A DNA stretch of 64,000 nt from Takakia lepidozioides (lineage: Eukaryota; Plantae; Bryophyta). The DNA lies in the NCBI GenBank assembly GCA_030704615.1, contig CM060733.1:13702001-13766000 (forward strand), written 5' to 3'. The notes under the pieces were generated by a model. It was not told where the DNA came from. It worked only from the letters and a program-made list of their open reading frames with translations, and did not search any database. The translations under genes were made by a program, and so were the position numbers. The first letter of the stretch is position 1. Each line of letters starts with the position of its first letter. Positions 15,149 to 27,700 of the stretch are shown here, in pieces.

Positions 15149-15152
15149 TTAT

Positions 15153-15896
15153 GTGCGACCACCAACAGGGGGGTGGTCGCAGATTTGTTTATGTTTTTTA
15201 ATGGGTGCGACCACCAGCAGGGGGGTGGTCGCAGATTTTTTTATTTTTTTTAATGGGTGCGACCACCAGCAGGGGGGTAGTTGCAGTTTTTTTTTTTTTA
15301 AATCAACAGGGAGGTGGTCGCATAATTTAAGAAAAAAATAGGCGCGACCACCAGCAGAGGGGTGGTTGCAGAAATTTTGTTTAAAACAAATAGGTGCAAC
15401 CACCAGCAGGTGGTGGTCGCACTATTTTCCTTTTCTTTAATAGATGCGACCACCAGCAGGGGGGTGGTCGTTGGGGGGTGGTCGCATAATTTTCTGATTT
15501 TTTAATATCTACCAACAGTCAGTAGCTTAGTTGGTTAAGTGCACTGAGTGCGACCCGGACGATTCTGGGGTCAAATCTTGCTACTTGATGGGTGTGATAT
15601 AGTTCGTGTGTGGTACCCCATTCCTACGCCTCTTGGCGCATAAATGAAAGAGGTTATTTTCTCCTATCACTACTAAGGGGCCTGATTTGTGAGCTGTCGC
15701 TCCCAGGTGTTTTCCAAAATAAAATAAAATAAAATTTACGACCACCAGCAGGGGTAATCAGTAAATCAATAAATAGGTGCGACTACCAGCAGGGGGGTGG
15801 TCGCAACATTTTTCTTTTATTTTAACAGTTGCGACGACCGCTACTGGTGGTCACACAATTGTTTTTTTTTAAATAGGTGCGACCACCAGGAGGTTG
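15153..15896. repeat. hAT subterminal palindromic repeat array (GCGACCACC-N-GGTGGTCGC with AT-rich spacers)
   Basis: More than 10 copies of the motif are visible. Confidence 0.85.
15516..15734 (+). mobile_element. Putative tRNA-derived SINE inserted in the hAT subterminal array
   Basis: A-box-like TAGCTTAGTTGG, B-box-like GGGGTCAAATC and a 3' (AAAAT)n tail. It interrupts the repeat array. Confidence 0.55.
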
Positions 15897-16463
15897 GTCC
15901 CCTTGCACCTGTATGTATGTTTGGAGAGGCAGATGAAAAACACATATATCGACTCCCCATGGATTTGTGAAGAGGAAGATGAATGTTGGGAGCTGCACCT
16001 GGCTTTTGTGGTTTTCGAAACCATAATAGGAAATCAACAATGTAAAGGTAATGACGAAACACAAACACACGCACAACCGCCAAACCCTTTCTTGGGTACA
16101 CATATTCCACCATTTTTATTTCCGTACACGTATGCATGTACCCAAACTGAAACATGGATATCCATGGAAACATACTACACATCATGTGACAGGTCACAGA
16201 AGTTATAGCTGTACCTAATTCCGTCTGGCATGACGACGATGGTTCTCACGTCTAGTACAAAATCTTCGTCCCCACTCACTTCACCCCCGTTCCCATGATC
16301 AGTGCTAGAATCATGATCTTCATCTGTTCTTTCGTTTCCAGAGGCAACTGGCCGTTGGACCTGTAGTCGTCCTCGGAGTACGTTTAGTTGTCTCTCTAGT
16401 CAATTTCCACTTCTATCATGAATACCATCTAGGGTATCAGGCCTGTTCACAGGTCGGTCAAGG

Positions 16464-17225
16464 TTACACAATTCTCTGCCGTTTCTGGGCTTGTCCCGGA
16501 TTTTGTGGTGGCCTTGGAGCAGGTCTCGTATGATGAAGGCTACTCGCACATACATCAGAGGGGCCAACATGAGAGGAAGGGGCATGAGATGGACCAGCGA
16601 GGGTCGAGGGAGCACGGTTCACATGCGGATGTCGTCGGGCCAGATAAAACGACAATGGCCGGTCGTCGTCATCCGATAGTTCGACTTGCAGAAGTCCCGC
16701 AGCAGAAGAACCATCTCCCAGGATCGGAGTAGCGATGGAAGGAATTACATGAGGGGGAGAGAGACTAGATGGACCAGCATGGGATGGACCGGCTTGAGAA
16801 AGAGAAACATGAGATGGAGCGGGGTGAGATGAAGCACGGTTCACAGGGGCACGATGTCGGTGAATGAATGACAACGGCCGGTTGTCGTCATCCGACGATT
16901 CGACCTGCACATCTCCCGCAGTCCGTGGAACTCGTGGTGGGGAAGAGTTGACCTCAACTTCATTGTTGAGAGTGTGCTCCACTGGGGGAAGGGGGTCCGC
17001 AATTGGGATGACACCATGTCGCAGTTCATCAACAACAAGGTCATCGAAGGATGGATGCATTGCAGCATCATCGTCATTAAATTCATATGGGTCATGTGGA
17101 GGATTGCCCACATCATCGGACCCATCCCAACCGTCAAAGTCGGAGTCCCTCGCGGCGTAAGTGTTATCATTGCTGCTAGATTGGACCTCTGAGGCAGATT
17201 CTTCAGACAACAAATTCTTCTCGTA
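16464..17225 (-). pseudogene. In-frame acidic, low-complexity C-terminal extension of the hAT transposase beyond a single TAG
   Basis: The reading ...GCA TAT ACA TAG TAC GAG AAG AAT TTG TTG TCT... continues in the same frame into ORF 16464-17213, which has two SxDDDxRPLSF repeats. Confidence 0.6.
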
Positions 17226-19196
17226 CTATGTATATGCGTCACTTGCTCTCCTCTTTCGCAGTAGCCTACAATTCGTGTAGATATAAACCAATTTGTTAGC
17301 CCTGGCAGGATTCAACTTGTTGCGAATCTTATTGTGAACAAACGAGTAACTGCTCCAGTTCCACTCACAGGACGAGGCAAAGCACACTTGAGCAAGAATA
17401 CGCTTTGCAATGGGAGCTAACGTTCTTGCTCCAGCTCCAATCAGATCCCACCATTCATGTGGCAAAATGCTCGTTGCTTTTGGATCCGGCATGTCATGGA
17501 AAGGATTCTGCCGATCCGAGAAACAATGGTACTCGGACAACGCTCGCTCTGTCATGTTCAAGGGCGCAAGTTGCATGATGACCCGTACAAGCTCGGCTTT
17601 GGCATCCACATCGTCTCTCAAATCCGTATTGTCCAACAAGAATGGATTCAGCAAGGCCCCCACATAATGCAAGTCTGTACGAACCATCCGTTTGCGGTCG
17701 TAAAATGCATCCTCAGTCCTTGCCGCCAAATCATCGTCCATAGAAAATGGAGGACGCCTCAAGGATTGCACGTGCTTCTCAAGGTTTTCCAATATCAACC
17801 ATGTTTTATCCATTATTGGTTGTTTTCTATCAAACTCCCGCAAAGCAATCAACACCGGCTCCACCATGTACACAAAATTTGCACATTTCGTCCAGAAATC
17901 GTCGGAGCGAATGATTGCGCGGACTCTCTGACTTTTGCTCAAAGACTTGGACTTACGAGAGTCGCGTAAGGTGCCCACATACGCATCCCATTGAGGGTCA
18001 ATGATCACCTGCTCCAGACCCACCCTCACAATCACCAGTCGATCCACCATCAAAAAGTTTGTGGCAAAGCGGGTTTCACCCGGGTTCCTAAGGCTGTATT
18101 TGGGTTCATGCCTTCTAAACAATGCCAGAGGGATGTGATGTGTACGAATGAACGTCACAACCAACTTTGTCCTTTTTACTAGTTGTTTCATCCATGATTC
18201 TTTTCCCCAATCCTCCAAAAGGAGATCAAAGATATGAGCAGCACACCCTTGGTAATATAGATGGGGATATCGTACAAACAAAATATCGGCCATATTAACC
18301 ATGTTAGATGCATTGTCCGTGCTCACTTGGATAATTTTATCAGCTCCAATTTTATCGATGTAACTCGTCAACAACCCTGCTTGATAACGTGCATCTTTTC
18401 TCTCCCCGCTTGTGTCAACGGATCCCAAAAATTGTTCTCCTGCAGGACAGACCAGCATGACATTGAACAGTGGTCGATTAGTAACAGAACTCCAACCGTC
18501 CGCACATATAGTGCTTCCATATTTCCGGAGAGAATCACATGTCTTTTTATTCACCTTTTGGGTGAGGTCAGACATAGCCTCTTCTAGCAATCCTGTGCGG
18601 AGATCGCGATAACTCGGAGGTGTGTATGTGGACTTGGAATCGGACGTGGCTTTGACAGCAGCCACAAACGCAAGAAGTCTCGAGACATTGAACGGAATAT
18701 TGGCCTCGTAGAAAAATTGGGCCCACTTCTTACCCAGAGTCCTCCTGTGCGACAAATTTAAGCCTTCTTGCATTGATTGTTGCCTCAATGGTCTGGTCCG
18801 TACAAGTGCTGGCGTACAATTGGGTGTTGCTCCTGACCCACCGGCTTCTCCACGAACAGTAGACGCCTCGTAAGAATCCCCCTGGGTACAACTTTCAGGG
18901 ACAGTTTGATTCGAACCTGGAGTGTTTGGCTCAGAAGCCGCGGCCACATCAAGAGACGGTGGGATATTGCCTCCACATTGGGCAAAGTGGGCTTTCACTC
19001 GCCTGGAGGCTTTTGGGCACAAACTAACCCCTGCATTCTTCCCATCTCTGTAGCCGAGGTGATATAACATGCAATCTTTGCGACCCGCCAGCTTCAATGC
19101 ACAAAGATTGCATTGAACACCGTCCTTTTTGTGCGGGTCTATGGTGAACCAATGGATCCACTCCTCCCTCATCCTCACACCCAAAACCATAACCAC
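17226..19196 (-). CDS. hAT transposase (BED zinc finger, DUF659, C-terminal dimerisation domain)
   Basis: Motifs W..F...VQCNLC...MLYHL, WAQFFYEANIPFN, TICADGWS, QVSTDNASN, CAAHIFDLLLED, PGETRFAT, EWWDL..LAPIAKRIL, ASSCEWNWS and RNKL...LVYIYTN. Confidence 0.92.
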   Translation of the reverse strand: MVMVLGVRMREEWIHWFTIDPHKKDGVQCNLCALKLAGRKDCMLYHLGYRDGKNAGVSLCPKASRRVKAHFAQCGGNIPPSLDVAAASEPNTPGSNQTVPESCTQGDSYEASTVRGEAGGSGATPNCTPALVRTRPLRQQSMQEGLNLSHRRTLGKKWAQFFYEANIPFNVSRLLAFVAAVKATSDSKSTYTPPSYRDLRTGLLEEAMSDLTQKVNKKTCDSLRKYGSTICADGWSSVTNRPLFNVMLVCPAGEQFLGSVDTSGERKDARYQAGLLTSYIDKIGADKIIQVSTDNASNMVNMADILFVRYPHLYYQGCAAHIFDLLLEDWGKESWMKQLVKRTKLVVTFIRTHHIPLALFRRHEPKYSLRNPGETRFATNFLMVDRLVIVRVGLEQVIIDPQWDAYVGTLRDSRKSKSLSKSQRVRAIIRSDDFWTKCANFVYMVEPVLIALREFDRKQPIMDKTWLILENLEKHVQSLRRPPFSMDDDLAARTEDAFYDRKRMVRTDLHYVGALLNPFLLDNTDLRDDVDAKAELVRVIMQLAPLNMTERALSEYHCFSDRQNPFHDMPDPKATSILPHEWWDLIGAGARTLAPIAKRILAQVCFASSCEWNWSSYSFVHNKIRNKLNPARANKLVYIYTNCRLLRKRRASDAYT

Positions 19197-19589
19197 AGAC
19201 TTAAGGTTGAACGAAGAACACTAGTGTACTTGGTAGATTTGTGAAGAGCAATAGAAGTTAGAACAGAATGCGATGGCCTAACACTACGGCATCAATCCAA
19301 GTGGATCAATGCACCATGTAGTATTGTGCTTTTCGACAATTTGCTGCAGTGGCTCTGGTGGAAGCCACAACAGCAAAAAGTCCGTACCCTCCTCTTGGGC
19401 TTACACTCTTGCTCAAGGAATAGAGAACATTCACTCGTCACAAAAGTGTTTGCCACAAAAGAAGTGAAGGGCATTGGGACCACCTTATATACCATCCAGC
19501 CTCCAAGCCTCATACGCTCGACGAATTAGATCCAATGCTGCGACCGCTCCAGGTCGCACGAGGAAGTTGCATACATATATATTTTTAAA

Positions 19590-19678
19590 ACTGCAGCGAC
19601 CACCCTCATGCCGGTGGTCGCACCTATAAAAAAAGAAAAAATGTTGCGACCACCCCATGCTCGTGGTCACAGAGATTA

Positions 19679-19712
<34 letters not shown>

Positions 19713-20230
19713 TAAAAATAAAAATTACTGCGACCAACCCCCTGCTGGTGGTCGCACTTATTAAAAAAACAGAAAATTTCTGCGACCACCCCCCTGCTGG
19801 TGGTCGCACCTATTAAACAAATAGAAAATTTCTGCGACCACCCCCATGCTCGTGGTCGCACCTATTTTGTTTTTAAAAATGCTGCAACCACCCTCATGCT
19901 CGTGGTCACAGAGAATATTTATAATTATTATTATTTAAAAAAAAATCTGCGACCACCCCCCTGCTGGTGGTCGCAGATATTAAAAAATAGAAAAATGTTG
20001 CGACCACCCCCCTGATGGTGGTCGCACCTATTACAAATAAAATAAAAATTGTGCGACCACCAGTAGCGGTGGTCGAAACTGTTTAAGAAAAGAAAAAAAT
20101 GCGACCACCCCTGCTGGTGGTCGCATCTATTTTTAAAAAACAAAAAATGCTGCGACAACCCTTTTGCTGGTGGTCGCAACTGTTAAAAAATAAGATAAAT
20201 TCTGCGACCACCACCATTTGGAGGTCGCAC
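19590..20230. repeat. hAT subterminal palindromic repeat array, inverse orientation to 15153-15896
   Basis: Repeated GCGACCACCCCCTGCTGGTGGTCGC units. Confidence 0.85.
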
Positions 20231-20461
20231 CAATTTAACAATAATGATTTAAAAATGACCTCAACTATTGGTGGATGAAGTAATTTATAAAACAATTCAT
20301 TCACTTGCCAAGGTGTCACTTGGAATACAACGTGTCCACCTTACGTGACATATTTTTCATCTAACTCATGTTTTACTGATTTTCCGGCAAAACTGACGTG
20401 ACGTTGGTCGCGTCAGCGTCAGGTCCGACGTGACGTGACATCATTGACGTGTGCAATCCTG

Positions 20462-23090
20462 GCGCCCATTGTACTTCCAGCAACGTTGGCAATCAGATTG
20501 TAGTGGATAAGGATTGCTCCCTACACAAATGAAGGCAAGGCACATAAAGGCACATCTTGCACGAACACAGATTTGTTCCAATTGAGAGCTCTCACAAGTT
20601 CAAAATATGAATTCATGATGAGTTGTTACGAAATTTCCAAAGATTGAAATAACAAAAGATTAGTCTCAATTACTGAATAAGACTAACTCTGACAACATTA
20701 ACTTGTAGCACGATGCAAAGTGACCTCAACTAATGTGACACCTCCGATCCAGAAGATGCATCCTCCTCAGTTGTGAGATACATGGATGATTAAAATGTGA
20801 CTACAAGCAATTGAACGTAAGAGAAGTGTAAAATGTGTACCTTTGGAACCCCAGTAGTACCGCTCGTATAACATATGGTGGCCAGGTCATGAGGATATGG
20901 TGGCACAAATTATTGCAGATCAACTGCCTCCTGGCAACAACAAAGAGCTGAAATTGAATACCCAAATCCTAATATATATCAAACGTCCCAAATGATCTAG
21001 TCAAACAACCAGTTGAAGCGAGATAAAACAGTATTCAATGTAAGGTTTACCTGCTAGGATAGTCTGAAAGCTGAATCGTTATCGAAAGAGGAAAGAAATG
21101 CGAACTTCTTATCTAAAAAATGTGTCACAAGCGTCAAGTCCTGATCAACTACTCTTGACACTCCTATCCTACTTCACAACATTCATGTTGATCAAGTACT
21201 CTAGGGAAAATCTATGACTAATCATGTGTGAGATTGAAACAAATATGGACTAGGGACTAGGGACTCCTGCAGATAACCACAGTTCAACCAAAACCAAATG
21301 CATTAACCTTCAATAGCAAAGAACTGTGACAGCTGATTTTTGGTCTAATAGAGACCAACCCCTACAATTCCTTCATCAGAGCCCTAAGGCTTGGGATTTC
21401 ACTGTACCAGCTCACCCAGAATTTGCCAGATAAAAAAGGTGCGAAGAGGGTTTCCATCGGCGAAAATACACCAGCTATGGCGGTGACTGTCCCCACCACC
21501 AAACAGTATGGATAGTACCATCATTTCAACATAGCACGCGTAGCACCTGAGACGGTGGCTCAGAAAAGTCCCAAGGTGGCCTACACAAGAAGTCCCAAGG
21601 GTTTTTACAATTTTGATTTAATGATTATGAAAAAATTATAGTCGCTAGATTCATCCATGCTGAAAGATATGGACCGTCTAACATTGACAATCACAGATAC
21701 TATGGCATTATTTCTATTTTTCCTAGTAACAGACATTATTATGATTTTCTTATTTTATTTTTTATCTTTTATACTTTCATCATATCGCATAGTGGGACTC
21801 AAGCAACTCTTCATCTACATGAAATGTACGTTTTAGTAAAGCAAGTCCATTGTTTTATTTTGTTTCCATGCATTCATGTACTTTGAAAAAAATCAGTTTT
21901 TTGAGGCTCACAATAATATATAGAAGTAAGAACTTTCACTTTTTTTTATGGTCTCTATATGACTTTAGTATCTTTAAGAGTAGAGTAATACTATTATGAG
22001 TCTTTTTTATCATATTTGTTTTCTATAGTGAGTGCAAAAAGTCCATAACACCTTTTTTTTATGGACTGTGACACTGTCGTATGCACTTTTCTAAAGTCCA
22101 TTACTTCGACAAATCAACTTCATTTCTTGGTGAGAATTTAAAGATTAGAACTTGTAGTAGTTGGAAACATAAGAGTGAGTCTCATTTCATCATTGTAATA
22201 CAAATTTGCCTCTTAGGTACAATTGAATCAAACTATGTCATGTAAAACACGTGTTGTGACACAAAAATGTAGTCACCATAGTCTGCAATCACCCCTCAGA
22301 CACAGGGCAATCCAACGGTAATGATCCAGCCCCAGCTTGTAGATTAGGTATTTTGCTGTATCTCTTGTTTTGACCACATGACTTCAGACTAAGCCCAACA
22401 AAGGTAGGGGAAAATTAGAAATTAAAGCAGTTCTAAGTTTGGAACAGAGTTGAAAGAATTGAGGAATAAGAAGGTATGAGGAAAAGAACAAGAGTTTTAC
22501 TCGCCAACAGTGTCATCGTCCCGGATCCTGGTTCCCAAAAACTTGTTGTCTGCAAATGACTTTGATACATACCTTCACACATCAATCCCACATCTCAGGG
22601 CATGAGCTAAGCACAATTGAAGCCATTCTTCGAAGTAGACAATACAGCTTTCACTGTTGAACTTCATGGCCCTCTAGCTTGTTATTGTTCTATGCTCCTA
22701 AGATACAAAATCCCATTCTTTACACCTGCCAACCGACTGTACAAGGTTGGAACCACTCCTAAGGCAACAACAATGTACTTTTGACTAGAGGCAATTAGAG
22801 GGTTCAGGAGGTCGGAATACTGAACACATAATCGTGTCTAAGACTAGACTGTTGAGTTCCCAATACACATGACACTTATGGATGCCTTACAGATAGACTA
22901 GGATGCAGGTGACCAGCCACACCTACAATAAGCTTGAATGTGTGACCTGAATACATATACACCGCAATCAACATAGTAGCCCCCAAATCATCAATTGGTC
23001 CAGTTAGCTTACACAAAATTGTCATGAAGTGTGTGAATATCAAGATGGCCAGGCCAATGGTCCACCAGCTGCAATGGAGAGAGATTTGAT
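20462..23090 (-). pseudogene. Long-chain acyl-CoA synthetase (LACS6/LACS7-like) pseudogene, truncated by the hAT element
   Basis: Exon translations RSNLSPLQLVDHWPGHLDIHTLHDNFV (~23090-23010), FADNKFLGTRIRDDDTVG (~22560-22503), Q*FVPPYPHDLATICYTSGTTGVPK (AMP-binding motif, ~20920-20841) and GAILIHYNLIANVAGS (~20521-20462). One in-frame stop is present. Confidence 0.85.
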
Positions 23091-24329
23091 CTGCCACCAA
23101 CCATATCCAAAAAATAAAAAGGCTCAAATGGCATACAGAATGTCCATATCATAACAACGGAGGTCTGTCTGTGACATTCACAGGCAACTACCGCAAGAGG
23201 AATGATTGACCTTAATTGAAAATGCTCAAAAGCTGACCCTAAACTAGCACTCATCCACAACGCGGCTCAACTCAGTCACCATAGTTGCATGCTTTGACAC
23301 ATTACCATGCTGCTTGCGATACTCCGGCTGGTTCCCTACGAACTTCAGCATATTCTCTGCACTCACCCCAACTTGCAGTCAATCCGCACACATTCCAACT
23401 TTAAGAGTCAAATTACTTGTTTTCCTTCATAAACCAAATGCTCTTTGTCACTCTCTGGCATCTGTCTTCACATCCATGTAAGAATGTCCAATATAAACTT
23501 CAGTTGTCAGTCGTCAAACATCAGGCCATTATCCCTTTTGTTGCTGTGCATCTGAACCTGCAATTCATAGCCACAGTTCACGTGAGTTGACATTCTACAC
23601 AAAAGTTGAACTCTTGGTCGAAGTGCTGCTCCTTCAATTTTGCCTGAAAATCGCCATAAATATAGTATCCATAGCTAAAAACGGTTAGAAGGATAATTCA
23701 TCTCAATTGTGGACAAGCCTAACCCTATCCTAATCATCAAATGACGGAATCGTAGGAATTCCATGGACATAATTATGTTGTCAGCCTCTTTACTCCGTCT
23801 CCATAACAATTACAAAGTGAGTCTGCCACAAATCCTCCAGTGGGTTTGGCCAGATGTTGTTGTCACTCCCAGACCTTTGTAGGGCTCCTGGGGATCACAG
23901 AAAAGCTCAAAGTGTCCAGAGTGGTATAAATCAGCTGGAGGTTTGCTATTTCATGAGCATGAGCGGCATGAGCGGCATGAGCGGCATGAGCAGAGTAGTA
24001 ACACAATCGGTTTTCATGAGCAGAAGTACAAATTTCGAAAATAAAAAACAATAAAAAACAATAAAAAAACAATAATTTAATGCAATGTGTCAGAAAAAAC
24101 AAATATATTATTCGGCCCCTTGAAGGGAAAATTGCACTTTTGACAGTTGTGCTCATGATATTTTGTCTTCCGCTCATGCCAATTCCTAGCGACATGTGCA
24201 AATATGGCGCCGAATTTCGCGGTAATAGGGTCCGTAACCTGAAAAAACGGCGACGTATTTCGCGGCAATAGGTCTCTCTGGCGAAAAATGGTGCCGAATT
24301 CCGCGGCTATAGGTCCCCTCATGACAGGT

Positions 24330-24565
24330 AATTCGGCGCCATTTTTCCAGTGCATGTTCGGACTTAGCCAGTTTTCGGCCCAAAAAAGAGAAATTCGGCG
24401 CCATTTTTCCAGACACGGTACCAGTGCATGTTGGGACTTAGCCAGTTTTCGGCCCCAAAAAGAGAAATTCGGCGCCATTTTCCCAAACACAGGTACCAGT
24501 GCATGTTGGGACTTAGCGAGTTTTCGGCCCCAAAAAGAGAAATTCGGCGCCATTTTTCCAGAAAT
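24330..24565. repeat. MULE subterminal tandem repeat, ~75-bp unit x3, each with GAAATTCGGCGCCATTTT
   Basis: CCAGTGCATGTTGGGACTTAGCCAGTTTTCGGCCCCAAAAAGAGAAATTCGGCGCCATTTTTCC is repeated. Confidence 0.85.
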
Positions 24566-24717
24566 GGCCCCAGAACTGCTTCTGTTGGATCTCAGTTTGA
24601 ATGGAATATTGCCTCATTCCAGGAGTTTTGGGGTGCATTTCATTACACTGCAAAAAAAAAGTCTGATACAGCAAAATGCATTTGAAAATATCCATATGGA
24701 GGATTCCGTTTGCCCCA

Positions 24718-27700
24718 TCAATGATTTCTGGAATCCCTAAGAAGGAGTTTGTGCAGCTCGTTCACGCTCAACGCCGGTGCATGAATAAAGTCATCAATAG
24801 TCACGTTCATCCTCAACCTCTTCAGAAAATGTAATACAGATGCTTGCACGGATAATACTTCGAACCCTTCTTTGCTTCCATCAACGAGAAGTCCGTACAG
24901 TTGCAAGTCGGCTCCACTCCAATCGTAATTGTGTATACATCGTCGCGTACAGCCGAGCCGGCCGTTGCCATCCGATACACACGCCCAAGGCCGGGTGGGG
25001 GTACGTCCACGGAGCTCTGAATAGTGCAAGCCATCCCAAGAGCATTGGCAATCCGAGTCTCATTCAACTTGTTGGGAGGGTGTCGTCTCTTCACTCTTCC
25101 GAATCGCATTGTGGGATGTGCAGAATTGTCCAATCCGTCTCTACTGGACCGAGCAGTATGCAATGGCTGGGTCTGAGGAACCGGAAATGCGTGGGCCGGG
25201 ATGTCTGTGCGTTGCACCATTCGAAATCCTGCTGCAGATAGAGCATCCGCCTCATTCTGAGAGAGGCTGCAACCCGGTGCAACAGGCCAGACGCCCGGAG
25301 GCTCCGGCATTCCCTGAATCCCGTACTTGGGCTTGCCAAATACACAGGTCATTATGTCGTGCCTACAGAACCAAAATGTCTGCGTTGTGGCGTGAGCAAA
25401 TGTGGGAGTCAAAAATCTGCCGCTGAAACAAGGTGCAGGTACAGCACCGTGTGGGTTCCTCCGAATCATCTCACCACAGCGTGCTCTCGTATCCACCCGG
25501 ATGGCGCAACACTTCCCTCGAAATGCCGGCAATGTCCTCGCAATTCTCCACTGTGACTCCGACACTCTTGTCTCCACAATGGGAATGTTGTATTGCTTTA
25601 CTACAGATGGCTCGTTATGTTGCCGGGGCACGCGCCCTGTGCTCAAAGGAGATGGCGATCTTGAACGTGCAGGACTTCCGGTGCTCGACGAGACCTCCTC
25701 GGACAACATCACCGGACCACGAGGGAGCGTGCGAATATTCTTGTCAGCTCGCCATGAATCCTCTTCTCCGCCAGGTGCCTCGTCAAGTCTTCGTCTCACT
25801 GGACGGGTATGAACATCTCCTTCCAAATGTTGGCCTCTTCGCAGCAATGGCGTGTCCCGAAGGCCCTCTCGCAAGGCCGCCGCCCACTTCCGAGGATTCT
25901 TCGATCTGGAGGCAGTCCGCATCAGCATTTCCTGCCTGTCCGGCCCCAAGCCCCACTGTTTCCCTTTCAAGAACTCGTTGTACCTGCATTGCTGCATAAT
26001 TGACCTCACAATGTCCTCCGTTGTGGCAGTGAGGATGTCCACCAGATGCGCCGCAGAGGAGGCACGCCAGGAAGAGTGCACTGATTCGGCCATGTTTGTC
26101 GTGGGCATGTCGGTGTCGGAGTCGAGACACATTTCCTGCACAAGCACATGTTGAGGTTACAAGCAAGTTACAAATATGGCCAAGAATAATATCCAACGGG
26201 ACGCGAATTCGTGCAACTCACCTCCCGCATATAGTCGCCGAACTGGAGGAAACGATAATGCCACCATGCTAGCCAACTGACCATTGCTCCTTCGTCTGAT
26301 TTCCTTACAGCACCTGACGATGTCCACCAAGCCCGTATGCATGCAAACTGTGTCTCTGCATCATCCAAGGTGGGAGCGCGCTTCCACGCAAGGCACATGG
26401 AACGGTGCTCCTCTCTGAAATCTGGCGCCACGAGCCTGGTTGTGTACTGCGAAAGGCTCTGCAGAAAGTGGAACCCACAAGATCTCTCCTTGCCTTCCAT
26501 GGGAACATTGGGGTCTTGCCCGTACACCCTTCGGATGGCAGCCCAATTTGCTTGTGCGTTGTCCGCCATGAAACCACGGAAATTGGGAGGGGGCAATCCC
26601 GCCTTGGCCATCTGTTCGTTTATTCCCTGCCAAAGAAGCATCTCCGATTGTGTGTCCTCTCCTTTCATCTCACAAATAGCAATTGTCATTAGCATCCTGC
26701 AGTGGGTGTCGTAGACATGTGCACCCATTGTCACCCACTGGTGATTTGTAATTCGCTTGATATGGTCGAACATGACCCAACTGTTTGACAAGTTCCCACT
26801 CGTCATCCTGTCGACCAGTTCGACGCCACTGCCAGGTCCACACGTGGACATTTTGAATACGAAACAACGATCTGCCTCAGTCCCTTGTCCTGGAAACCTA
26901 CTTCCATGAATGTAGTCATATCCACATCGTCGCTTCACCTCCAGAATGGAGTGCATATCCGAGCCACGCCCAATTTTCTGTTTGCAAGAGACAATGTGGT
27001 TTCGGACATTCGGTGAACATACGTGGGACACCGACTCGAGCAATGCCTCCATTTCCTTCTCGTCGAGAGGAACTCTATCCGAGCCGTCTTCCGACATAAT
27101 TCTGGCCAATGCCATCTTATGGGCGGCTTGGAGCTGTATCTGTTTGGGTTTGGCACCCGGTCTCAACTTAACCTCCTCCTGAACGAGCTGCTCTGCTTCG
27201 TGGGCAGCCTCCCGCGAGTTCCCCCTCGCCAATTTGTGACAATGGGAACCAACGTGTATGCAAGCTCGGGTGAGGTCAGGAAACGGTGCAACACATAGAA
27301 CTGCTTGGCATTACAAACAGACATGCAGTGTGGTGGTTCTTTGCAATGCGCACACTTAAATGTGGAGTTCGGAACCTTCTCCTGAGCTCGAAATGGTTGG
27401 TGAGCTGTGCCTGTCCAATCGGTCTCGTTCCTGTGACCTCTGGATTTAAAGTGGAAGCAAGTTGGGGAGAAACACCGCAACGCGCCCGCACAAACAACGT
27501 AGCGCACCCGCACACCATCAAGCATCTTCATGCTGGTGGTTTTGGTAACGCACCAAGGATGACCGTCATGTTTTCTATCCATATCTGTCAACATTCCGGA
27601 CGCCCTCGAGTAGTCCGCCCGAGGAGGGAACTCAAAGAAGACATTACCGTCGACGTCGGCGGGAAGGCATGTAACCGATTTAATTGCGAACTTGCTGTAG

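Larger units (their letters stand above)
15151..20461 (-). mobile_element. hAT DNA transposon (DUF659 type); right end seen, left end not identified
   Basis: Internal transposase and subterminal GCGACCACC(AGCAGGG)GGTGGTCGC arrays at both sides in opposite orientation. A putative terminus CAGGATTGCACACGTC (minus strand, from 20461) abruptly interrupts a LACS exon. Confidence 0.8.
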
